The notes below the pieces were generated by a model. That model did no database searches. It saw nothing but the letters and a program-made list of their open reading frames with translations, and was not told where the DNA came from. The position numbers and the translations under genes are program-made. A stretch of 64,000 nt of DNA from assembly GCA_003213455.1 (NCBI GenBank), contig QCMX01000001.1, forward strand, positions 67,497 through 131,496, in the 5' to 3' direction. This document shows, piece after piece, positions 1-9,895 of this stretch. This stretch comes from SAR86 cluster bacterium AG-422-P06 (lineage in GTDB: Bacteria; Pseudomonadota; Gammaproteobacteria; Magnimaribacterales; TMED112). Position 1 is the stretch's first letter, and each line of letters opens with the position of its first letter.

Positions 1-1
1 G

Positions 2-1078
2 CTCAATAGAAACCCTAATCTTCCAGCAGATGCTGTAGAAGACGTAATTATGGGTTGTGGAAATCCAGAGGGTGCAACAGGCCACAATATTGGTAGGAAC
101 GCAGTAATTCTTTCAAAACTGCCTATTACAGTTGGCGGGACAACAGTTAATAGGTATTGCTCATCAGGTTTGCAAACTATTTCTATGGCTGCAGGACAAA
201 TTATGGCAGGAGGATACGACACAATTATTGCAGGTGGAGTTGAATCCATAACTATGACCCAACCAAACATCAATATGAATGGGTTTGTAAATGACAAAAT
301 AAATGCAGATAACCCAGGAATATATTTCCCTATGGGAACAACTGCTGAAGTGGTAGCGAAGAGATACAATGTTTCAAGAGAATCCCAAGATGAATACTCA
401 TTACACAGTCAATTAAGAACTGCTGAAGCACAAGAAGCTGGCAGATATGATGATGAGATTGTGCCGATGAAGACCCAAATGGTTCTAACGAATAAAGAAA
501 CTGGGGAGCAAAAGGTTGTGGATGCTGAATGCGTTAAAGACGAATGCAATAGACCTACAACAACTATGGAAGGGCTATCTGCATTACGACCTGTTTTTGA
601 TGAGAATGGAAGTGTTACAGCTGGAAATTCATCTCAAATGTCTGATGGTGCATCTATTACATTAGTGATGTCTGAAGAAAAAGCATTAGACCTAGGTCTT
701 AAACCAAAAGCTTACTTTAGAGGCTTTACTACTGTTGGCTGTAATCCAGATGAAATGGGGATAGGACCTGTTTTTGCTATTCCAAAATTATTGGATCAGA
801 ATAATCTCAAAATAGAAGATATTGGTCTTTGGGAATTGAATGAAGCATTTGCTGTTCAGGTTGTTTATTGTCGTGATGAGTTAGGTATTCCTATGGATAA
901 ATTAAATGTTGATGGTGGTTCTATAGCAATTGGACATCCATTTGGTATGACAGGTTCAAGATTAACTGGTCATCTTGTAAGAGAGTTACAAAACAGAGAT
1001 CAGCAATTTGGTGTTGTAACAATGTGTGTTGGTGGTGGGCAAGGAGCAGCTGGACTGTTTGAAAGATACCCTTCTTAG
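2..1078 (+). CDS. 3-ketoacyl-CoA thiolase / acetyl-CoA C-acyltransferase (5'-partial, open to window start)
   Basis: Reading frame is open from nt 2 (LNRNPNLPADAVEDVIMGCG...). Thiolase nucleophile region NRYCSSGLQTI. C-terminal motifs GGSIAIGHPFGMTGSR and MCVGGGQGAAGLFE. Confidence 0.9.
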   Translation, partial: LNRNPNLPADAVEDVIMGCGNPEGATGHNIGRNAVILSKLPITVGGTTVNRYCSSGLQTISMAAGQIMAGGYDTIIAGGVESITMTQPNINMNGFVNDKINADNPGIYFPMGTTAEVVAKRYNVSRESQDEYSLHSQLRTAEAQEAGRYDDEIVPMKTQMVLTNKETGEQKVVDAECVKDECNRPTTTMEGLSALRPVFDENGSVTAGNSSQMSDGASITLVMSEEKALDLGLKPKAYFRGFTTVGCNPDEMGIGPVFAIPKLLDQNNLKIEDIGLWELNEAFAVQVVYCRDELGIPMDKLNVDGGSIAIGHPFGMTGSRLTGHLVRELQNRDQQFGVVTMCVGGGQGAAGLFERYPS

Positions 1079-1974
1079 TGAATAAAGAAGAATATTATTT
1101 AGAAAATTATATAAAGCCTTGCACAGAAGTAAGCGAATTATTTCCACAAGAAATTGGTGATGATTGTGCAGTTATTAGATCTTCATCAGATCTGCTGGTA
1201 TCGACAGATAGCTCTATAGAAGGCGTACATTTTCCAGCTAATTTAAATCCTTATTACATAGCTTACAGGTCAATTGCAATTGCTGCTTCTGATATTTTAG
1301 CAATGGGCTCTTATCCTGATGGATATCTACTTAGCATTACCCATCCTAAACCTTCAGATAAATGGTTCGATGACTTTTCTAAAGGTATTTGTGCATTTAA
1401 TAACGAGCATAATGTAAAACTAATTGGTGGAGATCTTTCGAAGGGACATCTAAATATTTGTGTGACTATTTTTGGAGCAGCTAAGCAGAATATTATTAAA
1501 AGAAGTGGTGCTAAAGAAAATGATGATATCTATATTTCAAATACACTAGGTTTAGGAGCAGCAGGCCACAAATCTTTTTTAGGCGATGATATGAGCATGC
1601 CTAATCAATACATGAAGCCAGAACTAATTACAGAAGAAGTGATTTATAAATTGAATGAATTGATTAATGCAGCTATTGATGTTTCAGATGGATTGTTGCT
1701 GGATTTAAAAAGGATATGTAAGCTTTCAGAAAAAGGTGCTGCATTGTCAGTACCTAAACAAGCCATTTGTAATGACTATGAAGATCTAGTAGCAGGAGAT
1801 GATTACGTATTACTTTTTACAGCAAATGAAAAAAATCATGAGCAAATAGCGGCACTGCTGCCAGATAGTAAAATAATTGGGAAAATCACCAAAGAAAAGA
1901 AACTAAGAGTTAGCAATTCAAATGGCAAGGAAATTAATTTTGATGCTTTTGGCTGGGATTCATTTAAAACTTAG
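1078..1974 (+). CDS. thiL: thiamine-monophosphate kinase
   Basis: 298 aa. ThiL/AIR-synthase-like motifs EIGDDCAVI, VSTDSSIEGVHF, IGGDLSKG. GTG start overlaps the thiolase stop (TAGTG). Confidence 0.85.
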   Translation: MNKEEYYLENYIKPCTEVSELFPQEIGDDCAVIRSSSDLLVSTDSSIEGVHFPANLNPYYIAYRSIAIAASDILAMGSYPDGYLLSITHPKPSDKWFDDFSKGICAFNNEHNVKLIGGDLSKGHLNICVTIFGAAKQNIIKRSGAKENDDIYISNTLGLGAAGHKSFLGDDMSMPNQYMKPELITEEVIYKLNELINAAIDVSDGLLLDLKRICKLSEKGAALSVPKQAICNDYEDLVAGDDYVLLFTANEKNHEQIAALLPDSKIIGKITKEKKLRVSNSNGKEINFDAFGWDSFKT

Positions 1975-3835
1975 AGATCTGCTCTTTTAAACCTTCAACA
2001 TCAAGACCATTGAGCGTAAGAATTTCATTTCTGCTCCCATGAGGTGGAAAAACATCCTTCAAACCTAAATTGAGAACTGGTTTGAGTATTTTCTTTTGAG
2101 AAAGGTATTCATTAACAGCACTTCCTGAACCTCCAACAGCAGTATGGTCTTCCAGAGTAACAATTTTTGTATATTTTTGAATAAGATTATCTATAAGCTC
2201 GTGGTCTAATGGTTTAACAAATCTCATATCATAAAGCCCATAATTAAGTTCATTAGCAACTTCCTCAGCCCTATCAAGTAGTACACCAAAATTAAGAATA
2301 CAGATTTCCTCTCCATCTCTGATTTTTCGACCTTTGCCAATTTCTGCTATTGATAGATCTTTATTAATTTCAGCTCCTCTACCAGAACCCCTTGGATATC
2401 TAATAGCCGCTGGACCTTTATATTCGTAACAGGAATTTAATAAGATTCTCATTTCATTTTCATCAGAAGGTGTTGCTATCACTATATTAGGAATGCACCT
2501 CATGAAACTAATATCAAAGTTACCTGAGTGGGTAGGTCCATCTTCTCCCACGATGCCTGCTCTATCCAAAGCAAAGGTCACATCAGTATTTTCCAGACAA
2601 ACATCATGAATGAGTTGATCGTAAGCTCTTTGTAGAAAGGTTGAATATATTGCTACTACGGGCTTCATGCCACCCAAGGCTAAGCCAGCTCCAAAAGTCA
2701 CAGCATGTTGTTCAGCAATTGCGACATCATAGAATCTTTCTGGAAATTCTTGTTCAAAATTTACCATGCCAGAACCTTCTGTCATTGCAGGTGTAATTGC
2801 GACAAGCTTCTTGTCTTGTTTAGCCTTATCGCACAACCATTCTCCAAAAATATCTTGAAACTTAATTTTCGAAACGGGTGGATTGGTTTCCAGCTTAGAT
2901 ATTGCATGAAACTTTATTCTTTCATTCTCAGCAGGTTCAAAACCTGCTCCTTTCTTAGTAATAATATGCAAAAGATAAGGTTCTGTTTTCTCTTTCATTC
3001 TCTGCAATGTCTTCACAAGTAATTTAACATCATGACCATCTATTGGCCCTATATAATGCATGCCTAGATCCTCAAAAAGATTGCCAGGCATCACAGCTGA
3101 CTTAAGCCCATCTTTTAATGTTCTCGATATATGTAAACCAAAAGGGAGATTTTTCATGACTTTCTTGCCGCTAGATTTAAGTTTCTTATAACTTTTTGAA
3201 GCCCAAACTTTTGCAAGGTAATCAGATAAGCCGCCTTTATTCTTTGAGATAGACATATCATTATCATTCAAAATAATATTCAAATCCCTATCAAGATGAC
3301 CTGCATGCATTAGTCCTTCAAATGCAAGACCAGCTGTCATAGCACCATCACCAATAACAGAAAAAACAGTTTTACCATCTTTAAGAAGTTGGCTTGCTTC
3401 GTTGAGGCCAAGCGATGCGCTAATTGAAGTACTTGAATGGCCAACACTCATAGCATCGTATTCTGATTCAGTAATAGAAGGAAATGCAGCTAAACCATCT
3501 AGCTGTCTCATCTTATCCATTTTATCTTTTCTACCTGAGAGTATTTTATGTGGGTAAGCTTGATGACCTGTATCCCATACAATCTTATCTTCTGGTAAAT
3601 CTAAGACATAATGAAGGGCGATAGTTAGCTCAACAACTCCCAGTCCTGCTCCAAAATGTCCACCAGTTTTACTTACTGTATAAAGTAAAAATTCCCTAAG
3701 CTCATCTGCAAGAATAGGAAGATCTTCAATATCTAATTGTTTTAAATCACTAGGAAAATCTACTTTATCTAAAAGCTTGTTATCTGGTTTATCTTTTGGA
3801 AATTCTTTATAAATCTTCATTATTTTCTTCTGCAA
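1964..3835 (-). CDS. dxs: 1-deoxy-D-xylulose-5-phosphate synthase
   Basis: 623 aa. Motifs GGHFGAGLGVVELT, GHQAYPHKILSGR, TPP motif GDGAMTAG...NDN, AIAEQHAVTFGAGLA. The ORF-track start at 3835 is TTG. An ATG at 3820 overlapping the ispA stop by 1 nt is an alternative start. Confidence 0.97.
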   Translation of the reverse strand: MQKKIMKIYKEFPKDKPDNKLLDKVDFPSDLKQLDIEDLPILADELREFLLYTVSKTGGHFGAGLGVVELTIALHYVLDLPEDKIVWDTGHQAYPHKILSGRKDKMDKMRQLDGLAAFPSITESEYDAMSVGHSSTSISASLGLNEASQLLKDGKTVFSVIGDGAMTAGLAFEGLMHAGHLDRDLNIILNDNDMSISKNKGGLSDYLAKVWASKSYKKLKSSGKKVMKNLPFGLHISRTLKDGLKSAVMPGNLFEDLGMHYIGPIDGHDVKLLVKTLQRMKEKTEPYLLHIITKKGAGFEPAENERIKFHAISKLETNPPVSKIKFQDIFGEWLCDKAKQDKKLVAITPAMTEGSGMVNFEQEFPERFYDVAIAEQHAVTFGAGLALGGMKPVVAIYSTFLQRAYDQLIHDVCLENTDVTFALDRAGIVGEDGPTHSGNFDISFMRCIPNIVIATPSDENEMRILLNSCYEYKGPAAIRYPRGSGRGAEINKDLSIAEIGKGRKIRDGEEICILNFGVLLDRAEEVANELNYGLYDMRFVKPLDHELIDNLIQKYTKIVTLEDHTAVGGSGSAVNEYLSQKKILKPVLNLGLKDVFPPHGSRNEILTLNGLDVEGLKEQISKF

Positions 3836-4695
3836 AAAAGACTCTTTATATAATTAGTTAATGGATGATTATTTAATCCTAAATTATCAATTGATTCCAT
3901 AGTTTTAGCTTCATATTTATTTATTTCTGTTAATGTTTCTGAGATGCCTAAAACCAAGGGCACACTTTTTTTATTTTTAATTTGATCTTTATTAGTAGCT
4001 TTTCCTAAATTTTCCTCTGATTCTTCTAGATCTAAAAGATCATCTACAAGTTGAAAGGCAATACCAACATTTGATGCTATATGTTCCCAATCTTCGTTTC
4101 GAGTATTTGCTATAAGCACAGGAGCTAACACACAGAACTCTATTAGAAGTCCTGTTTTCAAATGATTCATATGAATGATTTGGTCCTTTGAAACTTGTTG
4201 CTCTTCAAATTCTATGTCCAGAGCTTGACCAAGTATCATCCCTTGGTTTCCTATAGTCTCCATAAGGAATTTAGTGATCATTACTTTTATTTCACTAGAA
4301 AGATTATGATCTTCAAGAATTATTTGTATCGCTAACGATTGCATAGCATCTCCAGCTAGTACAGCTGTCGATTCTGAATATTTTTTATGTAGTGTTGGGG
4401 CGCCTCTTCTAAGATCATCATCATCCATACAAGGTAAATCATCATGAACCAAGGAGTATGTATGAATTATTTCAGACGCTAGAGCAATAGAATCAAGATT
4501 ATCCTTCGGAATATTTAAAGCATCTCCAACTAGATAGACTAATAATGGTCTTACACGTTTGCCAGGATTAGAAAGAGCATAAGCAATAGACTTATCTATT
4601 TGATTTGCATTATTTACAAGGTAATTTAATTTTGTATTAACTCTGTCTTGAAGCGAAGCCTCAAAATCTTTTTGATTAAGAATTGTCACTATCAA
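3820..4695 (-). CDS. ispA: farnesyl-diphosphate synthase (polyprenyl synthetase family)
   Basis: Two Asp-rich motifs, LVHDDLPCMDDDDLRRG and FQLVDDLLD, plus GKRVRP. Sits in the conserved xseB-ispA-dxs order. TTG start. Confidence 0.93.
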   Translation of the reverse strand: MIVTILNQKDFEASLQDRVNTKLNYLVNNANQIDKSIAYALSNPGKRVRPLLVYLVGDALNIPKDNLDSIALASEIIHTYSLVHDDLPCMDDDDLRRGAPTLHKKYSESTAVLAGDAMQSLAIQIILEDHNLSSEIKVMITKFLMETIGNQGMILGQALDIEFEEQQVSKDQIIHMNHLKTGLLIEFCVLAPVLIANTRNEDWEHIASNVGIAFQLVDDLLDLEESEENLGKATNKDQIKNKKSVPLVLGISETLTEINKYEAKTMESIDNLGLNNHPLTNYIKSLFCRRK

Positions 4696-4888
4696 ACGGT
4701 TTTGTATCGCCGTCTTCAGTAAGCTCTTTTATTTTATTCTCTGCAGATTCAAGCTCTTTTTGACAAACCTTAATTAGAGTTATGCCTTTCTCAAAGTTTT
4801 TTAAGGACTCATCTAAACTTGGCTCACCATCTTCAAGCGTCTTGACGATTTTTTCTAGTTCTTTAATTGATTCTTCAAATTTTGCCAT
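4676..4888 (-). CDS. xseB: exodeoxyribonuclease VII small subunit
   Basis: 70-aa helical protein. FEESIKELEKIVKTLEDGEPSLDESLKNFEKG matches the XseB pattern. Position upstream of ispA-dxs. Confidence 0.9.
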   Translation of the reverse strand: MAKFEESIKELEKIVKTLEDGEPSLDESLKNFEKGITLIKVCQKELESAENKIKELTEDGDTKPFDSDNS

Positions 4889-4917
4889 ATGGGAATTTTA
4901 CCTTAAGTTATAGTCTT

Positions 4918-7900
4918 TTAAAAAAGTTCTCTTACTTTCATTGGGATAGAAGTTACAAAATTCCTGGCTCTCATTCTATAATCCCTTAGATTCTCCAGCA
5001 CCATCAAGAATGAAGGTGTAACTAGCAAAGTTATAATTGTACTGAAACCAAGACCCCAACAGATGCTTATTCCAAATACTTGGTACCATTTAACCGTTGA
5101 TGTGCCTTCATAGATTGCTCTGTTTAGAACATCAATACTATATCCAAAAGAAAGGAACAATAATCCAAATATAGTTGTAACAGTAGTTAACAGAACAGGT
5201 CTTAGTCTGCTCATACATGTCTCTGATATTAACTCAGCCGGTGTCTTGTCTGGAAAGTCTATCCGCAATTTATTAAAGGTATCAATTAATACAATATTAT
5301 TGTTTACCACAATACCGGCAAGCCCTACTAAAGCAGTTCCTGTCATAATGGTAGATGGTTCAGACCCTGTTACAGTTAGGCCCAAAAATACTCCTGCTGT
5401 AGAGAATAAGACTGATAGCAATATAACAATTGGCTGAGAGATGCTATTAAATTGAGTCACTAAAATAATGAACATAAGAAATAATGCCCCATAGAAAGCT
5501 TGGATAAGGAAGTCAGTAGCTTCTGCACCTCTTTCTGTTAAACCACCATATTTGATTTCCATTCTTGGGTCATCAAAACCAGTTTCGTCTATCCAATTTT
5601 GGATTTTATTTATCTCGCCATTTAGGTTAAAACCAGGAACATTAATTGCAGTTATTTCATAAAAGAAGCGGCCATCTTTTCTTACAAGACTGGCAGCATT
5701 CGGACGTGCTTCAACATTAACAAAGCTTGAAACTGGTACTGCTCCATTTCTTGAATTTACAGTAATGTTTTCTAAACTTGAAAGAGTTCTTTTGTCCTTG
5801 GTAAACCTTGCTCTGATATCAATCTCTTCTTTTGAATCATTAGGTCTATATTCTCCTAGCTTGATACCAGAAGTAACCATTTGTATTGCTGAACCAATAT
5901 CAAATAAGCTTATTCCTGATTGGTAAGCTCTTTCTTTATCTACGTCAACTTTCCACTCAATTTTATACTTTGGTAAAGTGTCATCAACACCTGTTAAGCC
6001 CTCAATATTATTTTCAATGTAGTCTCTTAATTCGCGAGTTTTCCTCTCAATAAGGGCTAAATCATCGCTTAAAAATTCTATTTCGACAGGAGCACTAAAT
6101 TGTCCTGGTCCTTCCTGTACTTCTCTGATATTTAATTTATAGCCTGATACATTTGACACTGCTTCTCTAAGCAGTTCTAGCACTTCAAATCCTGAGATAT
6201 CTAATGTTTTAGGATCTTCCACTACAATATAACCACGGCCTACTCCATCGCCACCACCGCCAGCACCCGAAACATTCATAAATAGATCATCAACGCCATT
6301 AACAGCAATCAATTTTTTTTCTGCATCTATAGCAAAATCTCTTGCCTCATAAGGAGAAAGATTACCTCTTGCTTGAATATCAGCATTTATAAGCCAAGGA
6401 TCAATGGTTGGAAAATAGACAAATTGTTTTCCATAATTTGGCACGATGTTTCCAAGTATTAGGAACATGGTTAAGAAAGTATATGCTATAGATTCCAGAG
6501 GATTTTTCACCGCAAAACCAATAGCCTTTCTATAAGCCTTCTTTAATGGTGTGTTTTCATTATCATTGGATCTTTCATCTTTACCTTTACGTCTACCTAA
6601 CAATGACCCTATTACCGGAGCAAAAATCAGAGCATAAGCCAGTGAAGCTGCCAGAATAACAAATACGGTTACAGGCAAATATCGCATGAATTTACCAGAA
6701 ATGCCTGGCCATATCATTAAAGGTGAGAATGCTGCGAGAGTTGTAAGAACTGAGGCAAATACTGGTGTAAACATCCTTTCAGCAGCTTTTGTGTAAGCTT
6801 CTTTTCTTTGAATGCCTTGGTCTATAAGTCTATCGGCATATTCAACAATGACTATCCCACCATCAATCAGCATCCCTAAGCCCAGCAACATACCGAACAT
6901 TACCAGAAAATTGAATTCGTAACCTATAAAGAAATGTAAAATACCAAAACCAACTAGGAATGAAAAAGGTATAGCAATTCCAACTATTAACCCATTTCTA
7001 AGTCCTAGGGTAGCTACAACTAAAACCATAACTAGAATAACTGCAGTAATAATATTTCCCTCAAGTTCTGAGACCATTTCTCCAGCAAACTTTGTAGTAT
7101 CTAGACCAGGTGTAATCACAAGGTTATCTGGAAAATCATCTCTGATTTGTTCTACCTCATTTTTTATTGCTTCAGCAATATCAAGCTCATTGAATCCTAC
7201 TCGTTTAGTTAAGGAAAGAGATATTGCATCAAAACCATTTATTCTAGAGAAGCTAGTTGGGTCTTTAAATGTTCGTTTGATGTCAGCTACATCACCCATG
7301 GTAACGACTTTATTACCATCTGATTTTATTGGTAAATTAAAAACGTCTTGTCTTGTTTCAAATATACTTGGAATCTCAACCGCAAACTTTCCTGACCCTG
7401 TATCCTGAAAACCAGCAGGGATAAGAACATTATTTGATCTAACAGCATTTCCTATCTCAGTAAGACTTACACCTAAACTTTCTAATTTAGCCTGTGATAC
7501 TTCTACTTCTAAGAGCTCTTCTGGAACACCGCTTATTTCAACTCCCAATACACCTGGAACTTTTTCAAACCTATCTTGTATTTCTTGGGCTATCGCATAA
7601 CCAGCCCTCAGATTTGAAAATCCGTAAAGGCTATAAACTAAAATAGGAAAATCGTTATCTGATCTTTCACTAACAACTGGATCGTTTGCCTCTGGAGGCA
7701 ATTGATACCTTACCTCACCTATTGCTCTTTCCACGTCCAAAAGTGCTTGATCAATGTCGTAGTCAACATCATATTGGATTGTCAAATTTGTGAAACTTTG
7801 AGTATTTTGAGACCTTACTTGTTCTTGTCCTTCTAATCTTAAAAATCTGTTTTCTAATGGTTTGGCAACAATTCTAGCCATATCTTCCGGTGAGGCACCT

Positions 7901-8055
7901 TCTAGAAATACTGAAACATTTACGAATGGGAATGTAATATTAGGGTTTGAAGCAATTGGCATGGCTGCTCTTCCAAGAGACCCCATAATGATTAGGAAAA
8001 TCATTACCAATAATGTGGTTCTAAACTTACTGACAGCTGTTTTTACAATACCCAT
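4918..8055 (-). CDS. RND efflux transporter permease (AcrB/AcrD/AcrF family)
   Basis: 1045 aa. Typical RND layout: N-terminal TM, two large periplasmic loops and two TM bundles. Start overlaps the stop of the adaptor gene by 1 nt. Confidence 0.9.
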   Translation of the reverse strand: MGIVKTAVSKFRTTLLVMIFLIIMGSLGRAAMPIASNPNITFPFVNVSVFLEGASPEDMARIVAKPLENRFLRLEGQEQVRSQNTQSFTNLTIQYDVDYDIDQALLDVERAIGEVRYQLPPEANDPVVSERSDNDFPILVYSLYGFSNLRAGYAIAQEIQDRFEKVPGVLGVEISGVPEELLEVEVSQAKLESLGVSLTEIGNAVRSNNVLIPAGFQDTGSGKFAVEIPSIFETRQDVFNLPIKSDGNKVVTMGDVADIKRTFKDPTSFSRINGFDAISLSLTKRVGFNELDIAEAIKNEVEQIRDDFPDNLVITPGLDTTKFAGEMVSELEGNIITAVILVMVLVVATLGLRNGLIVGIAIPFSFLVGFGILHFFIGYEFNFLVMFGMLLGLGMLIDGGIVIVEYADRLIDQGIQRKEAYTKAAERMFTPVFASVLTTLAAFSPLMIWPGISGKFMRYLPVTVFVILAASLAYALIFAPVIGSLLGRRKGKDERSNDNENTPLKKAYRKAIGFAVKNPLESIAYTFLTMFLILGNIVPNYGKQFVYFPTIDPWLINADIQARGNLSPYEARDFAIDAEKKLIAVNGVDDLFMNVSGAGGGGDGVGRGYIVVEDPKTLDISGFEVLELLREAVSNVSGYKLNIREVQEGPGQFSAPVEIEFLSDDLALIERKTRELRDYIENNIEGLTGVDDTLPKYKIEWKVDVDKERAYQSGISLFDIGSAIQMVTSGIKLGEYRPNDSKEEIDIRARFTKDKRTLSSLENITVNSRNGAVPVSSFVNVEARPNAASLVRKDGRFFYEITAINVPGFNLNGEINKIQNWIDETGFDDPRMEIKYGGLTERGAEATDFLIQAFYGALFLMFIILVTQFNSISQPIVILLSVLFSTAGVFLGLTVTGSEPSTIMTGTALVGLAGIVVNNNIVLIDTFNKLRIDFPDKTPAELISETCMSRLRPVLLTTVTTIFGLLFLSFGYSIDVLNRAIYEGTSTVKWYQVFGISICWGLGFSTIITLLVTPSFLMVLENLRDYRMRARNFVTSIPMKVRELF

Positions 8056-9053
8056 TATTTAAATTTTGAGATAACTTCATCACCTTCTTTTACAAACCCT
8101 TGGCCACCTACAATAATGTTTGTTTGTTGAGGAATGCCTGTAACCCAAGCGCCTTGTACTGTATCAATTAGAATATTAACGTCTACAACTTCAACCTTAT
8201 TATCAACCACTGTTGCTAAAGCAACATTACCTTCATCGCCAAGCAAAAAAGCTGAAGTAGGAACAAAGTGAGCTTTAACTGGATCTGTATAAATAATAAG
8301 TTCACCTGTTAAACCATCTTTAATACCTAAATTTTTATTCATGAGCACAGCTTCAACTTTGAAAGTTCTGGTTCTAATATCAGCAGCAGAACTTATGAAG
8401 GACACCTCAGTATTAAATTTTTCGCCTGAAATAAATTCTATTTCAGCAATTTGCCCTGGTTTTATCATTGCCACAGTTACTTCTGAAACATTGCCAACAA
8501 TTTTAAGTGGTGACAATGATATTATTGATGCACATACTTGGCCATTCTGTAGTAGCTGACCTTTCTTTGCCAAGTTTTCTACAAAACCATCAAAAGGTGC
8601 CTTTATTTTTGTTCTTGCTAATTCTATTCTTGCAGTTTCATAAACTGTTTCAGCTGTTACTAATGCTGATTCGGATATTAATCCCTTTTTATTTAGTTCT
8701 ACTGATGAATCATAATCAATTTCACTTTTTTTGAAGTTTGCTTGTCTTTGGCCAGAGTCTAGCTCGCAAATAACTGAACCTTCCTTAACGAAATCACCGT
8801 CTAGATATGCAACATTAATAATTTTCTCGGAAGTTTGAGATTTAATATCGACCTTTGAAAAAGCTTGAGACTCAGCTTTGACAGTTATTGGCAATCTAAA
8901 ATCTTTTGCCTCAGATACGCTTACCAGTACTGATTCTTTTTCAGTTGTTGCCTTATATTCAACTGGTTCAGACTGAGCAAAGTACCCAGAAATCATCCAA
9001 ATTACTGTGATAATTAGTATGGCTGCTGATGCTCTTAGATTTTTCTTATTCAT
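8055..9053 (-). CDS. RND efflux periplasmic adaptor (membrane fusion protein)
   Basis: 332 aa. N-terminal membrane anchor (AAILIITVIWMISGYF), alpha-hairpin region and beta-barrel C-terminus typical of the HlyD/AcrA family. Translationally coupled to the RND permease. Confidence 0.85.
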   Translation of the reverse strand: MNKKNLRASAAILIITVIWMISGYFAQSEPVEYKATTEKESVLVSVSEAKDFRLPITVKAESQAFSKVDIKSQTSEKIINVAYLDGDFVKEGSVICELDSGQRQANFKKSEIDYDSSVELNKKGLISESALVTAETVYETARIELARTKIKAPFDGFVENLAKKGQLLQNGQVCASIISLSPLKIVGNVSEVTVAMIKPGQIAEIEFISGEKFNTEVSFISSAADIRTRTFKVEAVLMNKNLGIKDGLTGELIIYTDPVKAHFVPTSAFLLGDEGNVALATVVDNKVEVVDVNILIDTVQGAWVTGIPQQTNIIVGGQGFVKEGDEVISKFK

Positions 9054-9895
9054 TATATTTTATATTTATCTCTTAAATTGGATAACGTTTCACTGTTACT
9101 CTTTTCAGGAGACCCTACAGTCTCCTTGTAAGGATCGTAAAAGTCAAACTCTTCTTTATGTCCATTAGATGATTCTTCAACGTTAAAATTCCATTTTCTC
9201 TTAATAAAATCTAAGAATTTTATATCCCAAGATGTAAAAGCTCTTCCATCCTCTTTCCAGTAGAGGATAAATTCTGGGAGATACTGTTCAACGAAGGTAA
9301 TATCAATACCGGTCATTTTTATAATATCGAAACAATCTTCGGAAGGACTCCAATCGCTCGCGATAGTCGTTGGTGCTCTTTTTGTGTCAATTTCTGCATT
9401 ATGTTGGGCCCATTTTAATCTTGCATGTTCAATGAATTTTGAATTATAAGAGATAAGCACATCTGGTCTTTCAGACCAATAAATAACAAATTCTTGTATA
9501 AGGTTTTTTATGAAGGATTCTTCCATTCCTGATCTAACTAAAATTTCCAAGACATCATCGGACGGTTCCCAATTCTTTTGAATGTTGGTTCTTTGTATTT
9601 TTTTTGGTGTTGCTAATTTTGATTTTTTTTCAACATCTGCAACGCTGACTACTTTTTTATCGATATCTAAATTAATTAAACCTCTTGCATTTAGATCTAT
9701 TAAAACAGCCATTAATTCATTTTCATCCCAAAATGACAAGTTGCTTAATAGCTCTTCAATCTTTAATTTTTTTTTATCTGAACTTTTTAAATATTCAAGT
9801 AATACAGCGCCACTCAAACCAAGGGTTTCAGCCATTTCAAGACTGAATCTAAAATTCTTATCCAACACTTCTCCTGGCTTTAATTGAAGTTGCAA
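9053..9895 (-). CDS. hypothetical protein with two tandem DnaT-like (ssDNA-binding-type) domains
   Basis: 280 aa. Internal repeat seen directly: W-EPSDDVLEILVRSGMEESFIKNLIQEFVIYWSE...KFIEHARLKW (nt 9410-9574) versus W-SPSEDCFDIIKMTGIDITFVEQYLPEFILYWKE...KFLDFIKRKW (nt 9191-9352). The W-x-P-S...EF-x-x-YW...KF...KW pattern resembles the DnaT C-terminal DNA-binding domain family. That assignment is from memory, not a search. Alternative start Met21 at 9835. Confidence 0.45.
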   Translation of the reverse strand: MQLQLKPGEVLDKNFRFSLEMAETLGLSGAVLLEYLKSSDKKKLKIEELLSNLSFWDENELMAVLIDLNARGLINLDIDKKVVSVADVEKKSKLATPKKIQRTNIQKNWEPSDDVLEILVRSGMEESFIKNLIQEFVIYWSERPDVLISYNSKFIEHARLKWAQHNAEIDTKRAPTTIASDWSPSEDCFDIIKMTGIDITFVEQYLPEFILYWKEDGRAFTSWDIKFLDFIKRKWNFNVEESSNGHKEEFDFYDPYKETVGSPEKSNSETLSNLRDKYKI

